Shown in pieces: positions 1 to 11,700 of a DNA stretch of 64,000 nucleotides. Both the position numbers and the translations under genes were made by a program. The notes below the pieces were generated by a model that saw only the letters and a program-made list of their open reading frames with translations, did no database searches and was not told where the DNA came from. The stretch is taken from NCBI GenBank assembly GCA_963695545.1, contig OY968796.1:3776001-3840000 (forward strand). The letters run 5' to 3'. The stretch is from Terriglobia bacterium. Lineage in GTDB: Bacteria; Acidobacteriota; Terriglobia; Acidiferrales; UBA7541. Numbering within the stretch: position 1 is the first letter of the stretch; each line of letters starts with the position of its first letter.

Positions 1-2
1 GC

Positions 3-1100
3 TTCTTCGTCCAAACCCTGCGCCGGGCCGAACATGCCTATCTCGGCTTCGATCCCAACCATCTGGTGATCTGCACGATGGACCCCCACGAAATCGGCTA
101 CGACCACGCGCGCACCACGCAGTTTTATCGAGAGCTACAGACCCGCGTGGCCGCCCTGCCCGGGGTGCAATCGGTAAGCCTCTCGTTCGGGGCGCCCTTC
201 CTCGGAATCGAATACGCTGTCAATGTTTACCCCGAAAATTACATCATTCCCCCGGGCCAGCAGGCGCCGTTCATTTTCCACAACGTCGTGAGCCCCGAGT
301 ACTTCTCAAACCTGCGCATTCCGCTGCTTCGGGGGCGGGCCTTCACGGAATCCGACAATGATCAAGCCCCGCTGGTGGCGATCGTAAACCAAACCATGGC
401 CCGCCAGCTCTGGCCCGGCGAGGATCCCATTGGGAAGCGCTTCCGGACGGTGGAGGACTTAAACCCGCTGATCGAAGTGGTGGGCCTGGCGGGCGATGGA
501 AAGTATCAGAACATTATGGAGGACGCGCAGCCGTGGTTCTACGTCCCGCTGGACCAGGAATTTCAGTCGCTTCGCACGATTGTGGTGCGTTCCTCTGCGC
601 CTCCGGAAGATCTGATCGGGGAAGTCGAGGGCGAAATCCGCACTCTGGCTCCTGGCATGCCGCTTTTCAATAGCGCCACAATGGAGCAGATATTGGACCA
701 AGCGCAGTTCATCTTCAGGCTGGGCGTGGACCTGGCGGGAGGCACGGGTTTGCTGGGCCTGTTCATCGCCGTAGTGGGCGTCTATGGAGTGGTGTCGTAC
801 GCGGCGGCGCAGCGGACGCGCGAAGTGGGGATTCGCATCGCGTTGGGAGCGACCCCAGCGGACGTGCGGAAGCTGATTCTGAGCCAGGGATTGCTGCTGA
901 TCGCGGCGGGGGTGGCCGTGGGGTTGATTCTCGGCTTGATGGTGACGCGCGGAATCGGCCACATCTTCCATGGCGAATCGGGCGTGCTGGTGTTCGCGGC
1001 GGCGCCCGTGCTGCTTGGCGTCACGGGATTCTGGGCGTGCTACATCCCTGCCCGACGGGCGATGCGCATGGACCCAATGACGGCGCTCCGGCACGAGTAG
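3..1100 (+). CDS. ABC transporter permease, MacB/FtsX family (acidobacterial duplicated orphan permease type), 5'-partial
   Basis: Frame open from base 3 (FFVQTLRRAEHAYLGFDP); motifs VSPEYF..L.IPLLRGRAF, QRTREVGIRIALGA and C-terminal DPMTALRHE. Confidence 0.9.
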   Translation, partial: FFVQTLRRAEHAYLGFDPNHLVICTMDPHEIGYDHARTTQFYRELQTRVAALPGVQSVSLSFGAPFLGIEYAVNVYPENYIIPPGQQAPFIFHNVVSPEYFSNLRIPLLRGRAFTESDNDQAPLVAIVNQTMARQLWPGEDPIGKRFRTVEDLNPLIEVVGLAGDGKYQNIMEDAQPWFYVPLDQEFQSLRTIVVRSSAPPEDLIGEVEGEIRTLAPGMPLFNSATMEQILDQAQFIFRLGVDLAGGTGLLGLFIAVVGVYGVVSYAAAQRTREVGIRIALGATPADVRKLILSQGLLLIAAGVAVGLILGLMVTRGIGHIFHGESGVLVFAAAPVLLGVTGFWACYIPARRAMRMDPMTALRHE

Positions 1101-1275
1101 GCGGGTGGGTCAGGCTTTGAGCGGATTTGAATTTGCGGGGCGGACGGTCGATTACGACGCTGGGCGTTTTCGCGGTCAAAAATGGAAATCCTGGTGTAAA
1201 TCCCGTTGCGCGCGCAAGAAAATGGCGGTCGCGCAACCAATTTAATAGGGCCGCAAGGGATTTGGTGGGAGTGAA

Positions 1276-3537
1276 ATGCGAGGACATGGTTTCCCTACTT
1301 CCCGGTTGAGATCCTTTTGTTGCTGGTTCCCCGCCCTCGCACTCGCATTCGTGGCAGTGGGCTGCGGCGGAGGCGGATCTTCGGTCGCTCCCCCGCCGCC
1401 ACCGGCTCCGCCTGCGGCGGCGACACCTGTGCTGTGGCCGGTGCCGGGCTCGTACAGTCAGACGCAGGCGGGGCAGACAATCACGCTAGCGGACAGCACT
1501 CCAAGCGCAACGATCTACTACACGACCGATGGAACGACGCCGACAGCTTCTTCAACTCAATACAAGAATGCGATCACGATCACGTCGACAACCACGATCC
1601 AGGCAATCGCCACGGCCCAGGGCTATTCGCAGAGTGGATTGGCAACAGGAAGTTACGCACTCACACCTCCCGGAAACGGCCCGGCGGTTTCGATCGTAGT
1701 GACAACCAACGACCAGACGATGCAGTTGACGCCACAAACATCCGTGAGTTTCTCGACCGCGAGCGGCGGCAGCAATGTGGTTTATCTCGATGAATCGCAG
1801 GTGTATCAAACGATCGAAGGATTTGGGGCCGCGACGACAGATTCCGCGATGTATCTTCTGAATGAGGTCGCGCAGCCGGCCCAACTCTCGCAAGCCATGA
1901 ACAACTTGTTTACTCGTCAAGGCAACGGCATCGGGCTCAGTTTCCTGCGCAATCCGATGGGCGCCTCGGACCTGGCGCGGAGCGTATATTCGTTCGACGA
2001 CAATAACGGCCAAGCGGACCCGACACTGGCGCATTTTTCGATTGCGCACGACCAGGTGGATATTATCCCGCTGATCCTGCGGGCCAAGCAGCTGAACCCG
2101 CAACTCAAGATTATGGCAAATCCATGGAGCCCTCCGGGTTGGATGAAAGACTCGGGTTCCATGATTGGCGGATCCCTTCTCTCCAGCATGTACACTCCTT
2201 TCGCCAAGTATTTTGTCGACTACCTCCAAGCGTATGCGGCCGCAGGCGTAAACGTCGACTATATTTCCCTACAGAACGAACCGCTGTACATTCCCACCAA
2301 CTATCCGGGGATGTGCATGCCTGCGGTGCTTTCTTCCACCGATTGCCCAACATCGCAAACCAATCAGGCGACGGCTTTGTTCAGTTACGTAGCGCCTGCG
2401 CTGACTGCGGCGGGCCTTAATACGAAGGTGCTGGTTTACGACCACAATTGGGACAGGCCGGATTATCCGGAAAATGTTCTTTCGAACCAAAATCTGAGCC
2501 AGATCGCTGGTGTCGCCTGGCACGGCTATGCTTCCACGCCGGGAGCAATGACCCCCATTCAAAATATGTTTCCGAGTGTAGGTACCTATGAAACGGAGCA
2601 CTCCGGCTTGATAACGAATTCCGACCAGACAAGATTAGACTTCGAGGAGATTACACAGTGTATGCGGAACTGGGCCAGGGCTTACGTGAAGTGGAGTTTG
2701 GCACTGGACGAGAATAATGGCCCGCACACGGGCGGTTGCAGCACGTGCACTTCAATCGTAACCGTGAACAGTACTTCCGGAAATATCACTTACGGCAGCG
2801 AATATTACACCATGGGCAATTTCAGCAAATACGTTCTGCCTGGCGCGAATCGTATTTATTCCAGCGATGCCGCGGGCATGGTGACGTTGGCATTCGTGAA
2901 TCCACCTCCCGACAACTCCAGGATAGTGGTGGCCTTCAACGATTCGAGCCAGACCCAGACGTTTCAGGTGCAATGGGGGGCGCAATCGTTTAGCTACACG
3001 CTTCCGTCTCTGGCCGGAGCAACCTTCACTTGGGCTGGAACCCAAAGCGCCGAAACTCCTGCATACACCGTCAGCGCAGCGTCGCAGATTCAGGCCTCCA
3101 GCTTTAATAGCACTGCGGGCAACAACACTCCGGGGAACTACCTGACTTGGGGACTTGAGACAGAGGTCACTTCAGACACCAATGGCGGGTATGACGTCGG
3201 ATTCGCGAGCGATGGAGACTACGCGGTTTACAAGAATGTTGACTTCGGCACAGGGGTTTCTACCGTTGCTGTCCGGCTCGCTTGCCTTCAAGACAACGGA
3301 CAAGGCAACGGGGGAGGCCATTGCGGGGGAGCCCTCGAGTTCCACTTGGACAGCAACACCGGGACCCTGGTAGCTTCCGTCACTGTGCCTTCCACCGGAG
3401 GATGGGAAACATGGCAAACGACTTCGCCAGCAAACGTGTCCGGGGCAAGTGGCGTTCACGACTTGTACGTGGTCTTCAGCGCCCCTGCGAGCGGCACCAC
3501 TAGCTTGGGGAATATAAATTGGTTCCGGTTCAATTGA
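1276..3537 (+). CDS. Lipoprotein glycoside hydrolase family 30 with N-terminal Fn3-associated/chitobiase-like domain and C-terminal CBM6-like module
   Basis: Lipobox-like AVG-C, Pro linker, IYYTTDGTTP domain, GH30 motifs PWSPPGWMK, QNEP, YDHNWD, TEHSG; CBM6-like TGGWETWQT and GVHDLYVVF. Confidence 0.88.
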   Translation: MRGHGFPTSRLRSFCCWFPALALAFVAVGCGGGGSSVAPPPPPAPPAAATPVLWPVPGSYSQTQAGQTITLADSTPSATIYYTTDGTTPTASSTQYKNAITITSTTTIQAIATAQGYSQSGLATGSYALTPPGNGPAVSIVVTTNDQTMQLTPQTSVSFSTASGGSNVVYLDESQVYQTIEGFGAATTDSAMYLLNEVAQPAQLSQAMNNLFTRQGNGIGLSFLRNPMGASDLARSVYSFDDNNGQADPTLAHFSIAHDQVDIIPLILRAKQLNPQLKIMANPWSPPGWMKDSGSMIGGSLLSSMYTPFAKYFVDYLQAYAAAGVNVDYISLQNEPLYIPTNYPGMCMPAVLSSTDCPTSQTNQATALFSYVAPALTAAGLNTKVLVYDHNWDRPDYPENVLSNQNLSQIAGVAWHGYASTPGAMTPIQNMFPSVGTYETEHSGLITNSDQTRLDFEEITQCMRNWARAYVKWSLALDENNGPHTGGCSTCTSIVTVNSTSGNITYGSEYYTMGNFSKYVLPGANRIYSSDAAGMVTLAFVNPPPDNSRIVVAFNDSSQTQTFQVQWGAQSFSYTLPSLAGATFTWAGTQSAETPAYTVSAASQIQASSFNSTAGNNTPGNYLTWGLETEVTSDTNGGYDVGFASDGDYAVYKNVDFGTGVSTVAVRLACLQDNGQGNGGGHCGGALEFHLDSNTGTLVASVTVPSTGGWETWQTTSPANVSGASGVHDLYVVFSAPASGTTSLGNINWFRFN

Positions 3538-3815
3538 AGAGTGACGCGGCGAAAACGCGGGAGCGATCGCGGGGCATCTCGATCAAGCGGTACGTTCCGG
3601 CCTGGGGGCGGTGGCGCCGCCAGCGGGCGGGACTAATCTGAGGCGCGGGACTTGACGGAGCAAAATCTGAAAGTTGAGGGGCTGCGGCGGCGCCCGTGAC
3701 GCCTCGTGTTTCGCGTCGCTCGCCGGAGGCACGTTCCACAAAATTACCCGAAAAACCAAAACGAGCATTTGCGCCAATCGGACGCTAGAATAGGTGCGGG
3801 GAGCATCAAACAGCT

Positions 3816-6149
3816 GTGAGCGAGAAACCGCCAGAATCGCCATCATCTATATCTACATCCGCCGCGGGAGCGACGGACGCGCCGAGCGCGAAGACCGCGG
3901 GCGGCGGAAAAGCCGTCGCACAGCTCGATCCGTTTCAAGCGGAGATGGAATTGCTGGTTCGCGGCGAATCGGGCGATCCGAATCACACGCTGGGGCCGCA
4001 TTACGTGGGAGATCCCGCCAAGCGCCAGGTCGTGGTTCGCGCGTTCATTCCGCGATCGAGCCGCGTGACGCTGATTCTCGATGCGTCGCCGGAAGCGCCG
4101 ATCATGGCCGAACGCATTCACCCTGCGGGAATTTACGCGGCGACGCTTCCGGGCGAGCGCGAACTGCCGATCGCGCCAAATTCTTACCGCTGGCACATTC
4201 GAGAACAAGGTTACCCCGATCGCGAATTCCGCGATCCGTACGCTTTCGCGCCGCTGCTGACCGATTTCGATTTGCACCTCTTTAGCGAGGGCACGCACAC
4301 CGAGGCTTACGAAAAACTTGGCGCGCACGTTCTCGAAGTGCAGGGCGTCGCGGGCGTCTCGTTTGGCGTGTGGGCGCCGAACGCGCAGCGCGTGAGCGTG
4401 GTGGGCGATTTCAATCAGTGGGACGGGCGCACGCATCCGATGCGCAGCCGCGGCTCAACGGGACTGTGGGAATTGTTCGTGCCGGGCCTCGCGGAAGGCG
4501 CGATTTACAAATACGAAATCCGCACGCGGCAAGGCGGTCTGCCGTTTCTGAAGGCCGATCCTTACGGCTTCCGCGCCGAGTTGCGTCCGCGCACCGGCTC
4601 GATCGTCGCGCGCCTGGACAAACACAAGTGGAACGACGCGCCGTGGATCGCCGAGCGCGCGAAACACAATTGGCTGGCCTCGCCGATCACGATTTACGAA
4701 ATGCATCTCGGCTCGTGGCGGCGCGACGTGGAGCACGGCAATCGGTGGCTCACTTACGGCGAGACCGCCGATCAACTGATTCCCTACTTGCAGAAAATGG
4801 GCTTCACGCACATCGAGCTGATGCCCGTGATGGAGCATCCCTTCGACGGCTCGTGGGGCTACCAAACCGTCGGCTACTTTGCACCCACCAGCCGCTACGG
4901 GACGCCCGACGATTTCATGGAGTTCGTGGATCGCCTGCACCAGGCCGGCATCGGCGTGCTTCTCGATTGGACGCCGGCGCATTTCCCGCGCGACGCCCAC
5001 GGCCTGGCGGAATTCGACGGCACTCATCTTTACGAGCACGCCGATCCGCGCCAAGGCACGCAGCCGGATTGGGGCACGCTGGTATTCAATTACGGCCGCA
5101 CTGAAGTGCAAAATTTCCTGATCGCCAACGCGCTTTTCTGGATGGACAAGTATCACATCGACGGGCTGCGGGTGGATGCGGTGGCCTCGATGCTCTATCT
5201 CGATTATTCGCGACGTCCCGGGGAATGGGTGCCCAACGAATTCGGCGGGCGCGAAAATCTCGGCGCGATCGCGCTGCTGAAGCGCTTGAGCGAAACGGTG
5301 CACAGCCGGTTCCCCGGCACGCTGAGCATCGCCGAAGAATCGACGGCGTGGCCCGCCGTGTCGCGTCCCACTTATCTGGGCGGGCTCGGCTTCGATCTGA
5401 AATGGAACATGGGCTGGATGAACGACACGCTGAAATATTTTTCGCTCGACCCCATCTACCGCAAATTCCAGCACAATCGCATGACCTTCTCGATGCTCTA
5501 CGCGTTCACCGAAAATTTCGTGCTTCCGCTTTCGCACGACGAAGTGGTTCACGGCAAACTTTCTCTGCTGCACAAAATGCCCGGCGACAGCTGGCAACAA
5601 TTCGCGAATCTCCGGCTGCTCTTCGGCTACATGTACGCGCATCCCGGAAAAAAACTTCTTTTCATGGGCGGCGAATTCGGCCAGCGCGAAGAGTGGAATC
5701 ACGACGCAAGCCTCGAGTGGAATCTGCTGGAATACGCGCCGCACCAGGGCGTGCAGCGCCTGGTGGCCGACCTGAACGCGCTGTGTCGCCGCGAGCCGGC
5801 GCTGCACCAAGTCGATTTTGAATGGCAGGGCTTCGAATGGCTCGATTGCACGGACGCCGAAGACAGCGTCTTGAGTTTCGTGCGCCGCGCGCGCGACGAT
5901 CACAACAATATCCTGATCGTGGTCGCGAATTTCACGCCGGTGGTCCGCGAAAATTATCGCGTCGGCGTTCCTGAGCCGGGCTTGTATCGCGAAATCCTGA
6001 ACACCGACTCCGCCACGTACGGCGGCAGCAACGTCGGCAACCTGGGCGGCGCGCAGTCCGAGCCGCTCCCTTGGTCGAGTCTGCCGAATTCGCTCAATCT
6101 CCGGCTGCCGCCGCTCGCGGTGACAATTTTCAAGCTCGATCGCCACTAA
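3816..6149 (+). CDS. glgB: 1,4-alpha-glucan branching enzyme
   Basis: [56 protein letters not shown]. Confidence 0.97.
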   Translation: MSEKPPESPSSISTSAAGATDAPSAKTAGGGKAVAQLDPFQAEMELLVRGESGDPNHTLGPHYVGDPAKRQVVVRAFIPRSSRVTLILDASPEAPIMAERIHPAGIYAATLPGERELPIAPNSYRWHIREQGYPDREFRDPYAFAPLLTDFDLHLFSEGTHTEAYEKLGAHVLEVQGVAGVSFGVWAPNAQRVSVVGDFNQWDGRTHPMRSRGSTGLWELFVPGLAEGAIYKYEIRTRQGGLPFLKADPYGFRAELRPRTGSIVARLDKHKWNDAPWIAERAKHNWLASPITIYEMHLGSWRRDVEHGNRWLTYGETADQLIPYLQKMGFTHIELMPVMEHPFDGSWGYQTVGYFAPTSRYGTPDDFMEFVDRLHQAGIGVLLDWTPAHFPRDAHGLAEFDGTHLYEHADPRQGTQPDWGTLVFNYGRTEVQNFLIANALFWMDKYHIDGLRVDAVASMLYLDYSRRPGEWVPNEFGGRENLGAIALLKRLSETVHSRFPGTLSIAEESTAWPAVSRPTYLGGLGFDLKWNMGWMNDTLKYFSLDPIYRKFQHNRMTFSMLYAFTENFVLPLSHDEVVHGKLSLLHKMPGDSWQQFANLRLLFGYMYAHPGKKLLFMGGEFGQREEWNHDASLEWNLLEYAPHQGVQRLVADLNALCRREPALHQVDFEWQGFEWLDCTDAEDSVLSFVRRARDDHNNILIVVANFTPVVRENYRVGVPEPGLYREILNTDSATYGGSNVGNLGGAQSEPLPWSSLPNSLNLRLPPLAVTIFKLDRH

Positions 6150-6281
6150 CGCGCGTCCGCTTCGCGAATCTTCTGGTCCTTTTCACCCCCTCACTCCAAT
6201 TTGGAAGTACAGGTATTGCATGGGTCACCGCTCCCGGATGATTGCGGGCACGGCAGCGGCAACCCACGTACGATAATCTTG

Positions 6282-7839
6282 ATGAGCCATATCCTGCTAA
6301 TTCGGCCGCCTTCCGTGTTTTCGGCTTCCACGTACAGCGCCCCGGTCACCATGCCGCTGGCCAACGCCTATTTGAGCGCGAGTCTGCTGAAACACGGGCA
6401 TCGCGTGACCAACATCGACGCGCTCGGCGAAGACATCAATCACATCGACGTCTCCTATCATCCGCACGTTCGGTATCGCGGGCTCTCGACGGAAAAAATT
6501 CTCGAGCGCATCACCGAGCGGCCGGACGGAATTGGGATCTCCGTGATGTTCTCGCAGGACTGGCCGCACATCGAGGACATGATCAACGCGATTCACGCCA
6601 AGTTCCCCGATGTCCCGATTCTTGCGGGCGGCGAACATCCGACAGCGGCCGGCGAATACGTGCTGAGAAGCTGCCGGGCTGTCTCCCACGTCGCGCTCGG
6701 CGAAGGCGAGAACACCATCGTCGAATGGGCCGAACGGCTCGACGGCAAGCGCCCGCTGGAAGACGTTGGCGGAATCCAGTACCTCGACGTCTTTGGAAAC
6801 GTCAGGACAAATCCCGCGCGCCAGCGCATTCGCGATCTCGACGAAATCCCCTGGCCCGCGTGGCAGCTGTTCAATCTGGATCCATATTTCAGCGTTGGCG
6901 AAGGTCACGGCGTTGAGCGCGGACGCAGCATGCCGATCGTGGCCACGCGCGGATGCCCTTATCAATGCACGTTCTGCCTCGAGTCCATCGATGTGGACCA
7001 CGCGCTACGCGTTGCGCTCGATTCCCGACGTGGTCGACGAAATCGAGCTGTACATGAAAACTTATCGCGCGGACAACATCGACTTTTTCGATCTAACGGC
7101 GATCATCAAGAAGGATTGGATCCTCAGCTTCTGTGCGGAAATCATGCGCCGCGGACTGAAGCTGACCTGGCAATTGCCGAGCGGCACACGTTCGGAAGCG
7201 ATGGACGCGGAAGTAATGAAGGCCATGGCTTCCGCCGGATGCACCAACGTGACCTATGCGCCCGAAAGCGGTTCGCAGCGCATGCTTGACGCGATCAAGA
7301 AAAAGGTCAAGCTTCCGCGCCTGTTCGAATCGATTCGCTACGCGCGGCAAAACGGAATCTTCGTGAAGTGCAACCTGATCGTCGGCTTCCCGCGCGAAAC
7401 GCGCTGGGACATGCTGCAAACGCTTTGGGTCGCGATTCGCTTCGCGGTGCTCGGCGTCGATGACGCCGGAATGTACGCCTATTCGCCCTATCCCGGAACC
7501 GAGCTGTACAAGTATCTCCGCAGCACGGGCGCGATCCCCCAGATGGACCGCAATTATTTCACTTCGCTGATGACCTTTATGGATTTGAAGCAGTCGTCGA
7601 ATTACTGCGAGAACGTCGGCGAGACAGAAATTTCGATCTATCGCGTGGTTGGCATGTCCGCGTTCTACGGCATCTCCTATTTATTGCGGCCCGGGCGCGT
7701 TCTCCGCACCATCCGTAATTACCGCGCACACAGATCGGACACGGTTTTTGAAGAGCGGCTGTTCGCGTTCCTGCGCCGCAAGAAAATCGAGCGCGACGCC
7801 AAGACCGTAGATACGCGCCCGCAGCAAATTCCCGCGTAG
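6282..7839 (+). pseudogene. B12-binding radical SAM protein split by a +1 frameshift at ~6978 (pseudogene or sequencing error)
   Basis: Frame 1 gives a cobalamin-binding-like N-terminus (GGEHPT, GEGE) up to RGCPYQCTFC; the frame of ORF 6766-7839 continues SSPSMWTTRY...APESGS...YSPYPGT. Confidence 0.8.
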
Positions 7840-8116
7840 ACGGATATTGCGAACGCTTCATCGCGCGAGGCATCACACAGCCCCGCCGTGCGTCCACGTG
7901 ACAACCCTCAAGCGACCACGCCGCCAACGCTCCCATGCGCCTTTCCCCGCGCGCAGATTGATCGCACAATACGGAACCGCGCAACGATCCTCGTAGCTTT
8001 CCGCGAGCACCGTGCATCCGCGGCAGCAAACGTAGTAGTATCGGGCGCCCAAGTGATCGCGCGATGGGCAGAAATCGCCGGGCGCAAGTTCGAGCGCCGC
8101 TTCCGAGGGAACGCAA

Positions 8117-8695
8117 ATGAAAACCCTTCTCGCAATTATCCTCCTGACAATCGCAGCGCCGGCCATTGCGCACGCCCAGGCGACTATCCCGCCGCCCACC
8201 GGTCCGCAAGTCACGGCCACTGGTCCGCAATCTGCCTCCGGATGCGGCTCGCCCAAAGAAGAATGGGACGTTACCACTGACGAAAAAAACCATCCCACCG
8301 CCGCGGCCGAAACCGCGAAGGCCCACCTCTATTTTATTCAAGACGATGCGCAGTACATACCGCACCCCCGCCCCACCACACGCTTCGGCGTTGACGGGGA
8401 ATGGGCCGGCGCAACCCACAGCAATTCCTATTTTTTCGCCGCCGTCGATCCCGGGGAACATCGCGTCTGCGTCAGTCGGCAAGGAATGAACGGCGCCGGC
8501 GGCGCACGCAGGGAATCCTCGCTCGATTTCACCGCCGAAGCCGGAACCGATTATTACTTCAGCGCCCGCGATATTTTCAGCGGCCCGCCTAACCCCGGTC
8601 CGCCGCCTATCGTGGTGTTCAGGCAAATCAACAGCGACGAGGCGCTGGGATTGATGAGCAAGTTCGCATTCGCGACGTCGACTCCGAAGAAGTGA
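8117..8695 (+). CDS. Secreted hypothetical protein (possibly DUF2846-like)
   Basis: GAGGGA RBS, signal peptide ending AHA-Q, VDGEWAGA..SYFFAAVDPGEHRVCV, FTAEAGTDYYF. Confidence 0.72.
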   Translation: MKTLLAIILLTIAAPAIAHAQATIPPPTGPQVTATGPQSASGCGSPKEEWDVTTDEKNHPTAAAETAKAHLYFIQDDAQYIPHPRPTTRFGVDGEWAGATHSNSYFFAAVDPGEHRVCVSRQGMNGAGGARRESSLDFTAEAGTDYYFSARDIFSGPPNPGPPPIVVFRQINSDEALGLMSKFAFATSTPKK

Positions 8696-8723
8696 ATCTG
8701 CCGGCGCGCGTCGCGCCAACCAC

Positions 8724-11700
8724 TCAAAATTCCACGCGGGCTTGAAACGCGATCATTCGCGGCGTGCTGTCGCCGCCCAATCCCACGCCGAGCAATCCGG
8801 TCGGCGGGGATGTGGTGTACCCGAGCGCGCCAAATCCGCTCTCGGTCGACGCGTTTCCGGGCACGCCGGCCAGCACCATCGTTGGCAGTCCGAAGTTCGG
8901 ATGGTTGAAGATATTGAAAAATTGCGCTTCAAATCGCAAATTCACCTGCTCGCTCAGCGGAAACAATTTCGTCAGATAAAAATCGCTCCAGACGAAATCG
9001 GGGCCGCGTAGCGCGTTGCGCCCCAGCGTTCCGAACTGGCAATTTTGCGGAGTATCGCCGCCGTAGCATGCGCCGGTGCTCGGATCGACGGCGGATACAA
9101 AAGCATTTGGATTGAGCCACTGGATCGTGCCCGGTTGCGTGACGCCCGGAATCGGATTGTGATCGTAGAGCGGCACGCCCAGAACGACGCTCGCGAATTG
9201 CGGTCCGCCGCCATTCACAATTCCCTCTCCGTTCGCGGAATACGGCGTGCTCAGCACGGAAAACGGAATGCCGCTGTGCACGAACAATGTACCGGAGATC
9301 TGCCAGCCATTCAGCGCGTGGCCAAGCAGGCGGCTGCGCACGTTGATCGGCAAATGGTAAACGTACTGCGCGTTCAAATTGTGCCGGATGTCGTAATCGC
9401 AAGGTCCGTGATCGCGCTCGAGCTCGCCCGGCAGCGGCGAAAGAATTCCGCCCGCGGAAAATTGCAAAAATCCGCCGTTCGAGACTTCGTCCATGCAGCG
9501 GCTGAACGTGTAGTTCACCTGCCCTTCGAGACCGTGCCCCAAGCGCTTCATCGCCGTCAGCTGCAGACCATCGTAGTGGCTGTTCGCGCCGGTCGAAAGT
9601 TGCGTCACCGCGCCGAATCGCGGATCGGTCGGCCGCTCATAAGGAAACGGCGCGAAGCAGCCATCGCAAACCGTCTGATAACCATTTGCCTGGGTCAAAT
9701 AAGGTTGATTGACGGCGCGCGTGCCGACGTATTGCGCGTGCACGCTCACTGTGCTTCCAAACTGATGCTCGATACCTGCGCTCCACTCCATGAAATACGG
9801 CGCGCGAAGCGTGCCATTCGGCACCGCCGTGATCGCCACGGGCGGCAAGCACGCCGAAGGATTCGCCGCGGGCGATGCGCATGACAACTCGCTCGCGGCG
9901 AATCCCGAATTAAATGCCTGATGCGCGGCCACAGTCGCATCGACCGCGCTGTTTGGCACGACCGGTGCAATCGCCGTCCCGCCGACGGTGCCCAGCAATC
10001 CGCCCTCGAACGTCTGCACATACGGCGGATTGACGCCGATGACGTCGGCGATACTGCCCGGCAAAATGTCGCTGAAAATTCCGAAACCAGTTCGCAACAC
10101 CGTGTCACGCGCGAATTGCCAGGCGATCGCGGTTCTCGGCTGCCAGATCGCGAGCGGCGTGGATGAAAATATGTTGCCGAGATGCGTATCGATCGCAAGA
10201 TCGAGCGGCTGATTCGCGTTGTGGGAAATCGAATCGAATGCGCTCGCCAGTCGCGCGATTTCGTCGTGTGGATTGAGCGGATTGGAATTGAACGTATCGC
10301 GAATCCCAATCGTCCACGTCAGTTTGCTGTTCACTTTCCAGGTGTCCTGCGCGTACAGATCGAGATTGAGGAAGTTGAACGGCTCGTTCGCCGACGTCGG
10401 AAACGATTCGCTCGCCGTGGATGCCGCGCCAAAAATATATTGCGCGAGCGTGGAGTAGGTCACCGTCGGAACCGAGCCTTCGCCGAAATCATAATCGTTC
10501 AGCCGCAGAATTCGGGTGTTGGTTCCAAAGCGCAGCTCGTGCGCGCCGCGGCTCCAGGCCAAATTGTCGTTGATAAAAACGCGCGATGCCCGCCGACCCT
10601 GAATCCAGGTATTGTCCAGTCCTCCGACCGTCGAGAATGGATTCGGACCTGTGCCTTCGAGCACGATGGGAAACGCGGCGAGCGTCGCGTCGAAATTGCT
10701 CGGACCGAATAAGCTCTCGTACCAGGAAAACGCCGGATTGAAATAATTCACCAGGCTCTGCGAAAACACATGCGTGTACCCCGCGGCAAACGAATAGAGC
10801 GGCTGCGGAGACACCGCGTCGAACAACGGGTTGATCGAATCCGTGTACGCGGCTTGCACGCCGGTGTCGGACTGCAAGCGCAGCCATGCGGTATCCTTCG
10901 CGTTGATGTTGTAGTCGATTCGGACAGTCTGCACCTGCTCGTGGTCGTCGCTCGATTGCGAAACGCTCTGCTTATTCGCGCAGCCGTCTCCGTCCGGCGA
11001 AGCGCCGCCCAGCAAAGCGCCGCCGGCATCGAGCGGACAACCAAGCATGGTCACGGGCGTCCCACTCGTGTTGCGGTATAACGAAAACATTTTCTGGTAA
11101 AACGGCACCAGCGCCGGCTCCGCCGGATAGCACGATCCCGCCGTGCAGCCGCTCGTTTGCCCCAGTGGAAGTTGCTGCAACACATAGTTCTGAAATGCAA
11201 CCGTCGGAACGGTGACCGGCGTAACGATCGGCAGCGCGATCCGTACCCACTCGCTATCGAAAAAGAAAAAGAGTTTGTTGTGCACGATCGGTCCGCCCAA
11301 ACTGCCGCCGAAATGGTTCACGGTCGATCGCGGCTTGTGATCTCCCGGCGCGGCGTCCGTGAAATAATCCGCCGCATTCAGCACGGAGCCGTTCCACAGT
11401 TCGTAAAGATTCCCGTGAAACTGGTTCGTGCCGGATTTCGTGACGTAATTCACCTGCGACGCTCCGTAGCGCCCCTGGTCCACGGCATAGGAAAGAGTGT
11501 TCACCGTCACTTCCGCGATCGAATTGAGGCCCAGAACCAGGTTCGTCGATAGACCGCTATTCAGATTTGTCAGCGGGTCATTCGTCTCGAGTCCGTCGAC
11601 GATGTATCCATTCGAGAGCGCCGGCAATCCATTGAACTCCACGTTACCGTACCCATTCGAGCTGCCCACGAAATCATTCCCGCTTCCCGCCGTATTGATC

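Noticed and set aside
4455..6146. 563-aa antisense ORF in glgB, and similar long antisense ORFs elsewhere
   Set aside because: Expected artefact of high-GC codon bias opposite well-supported genes
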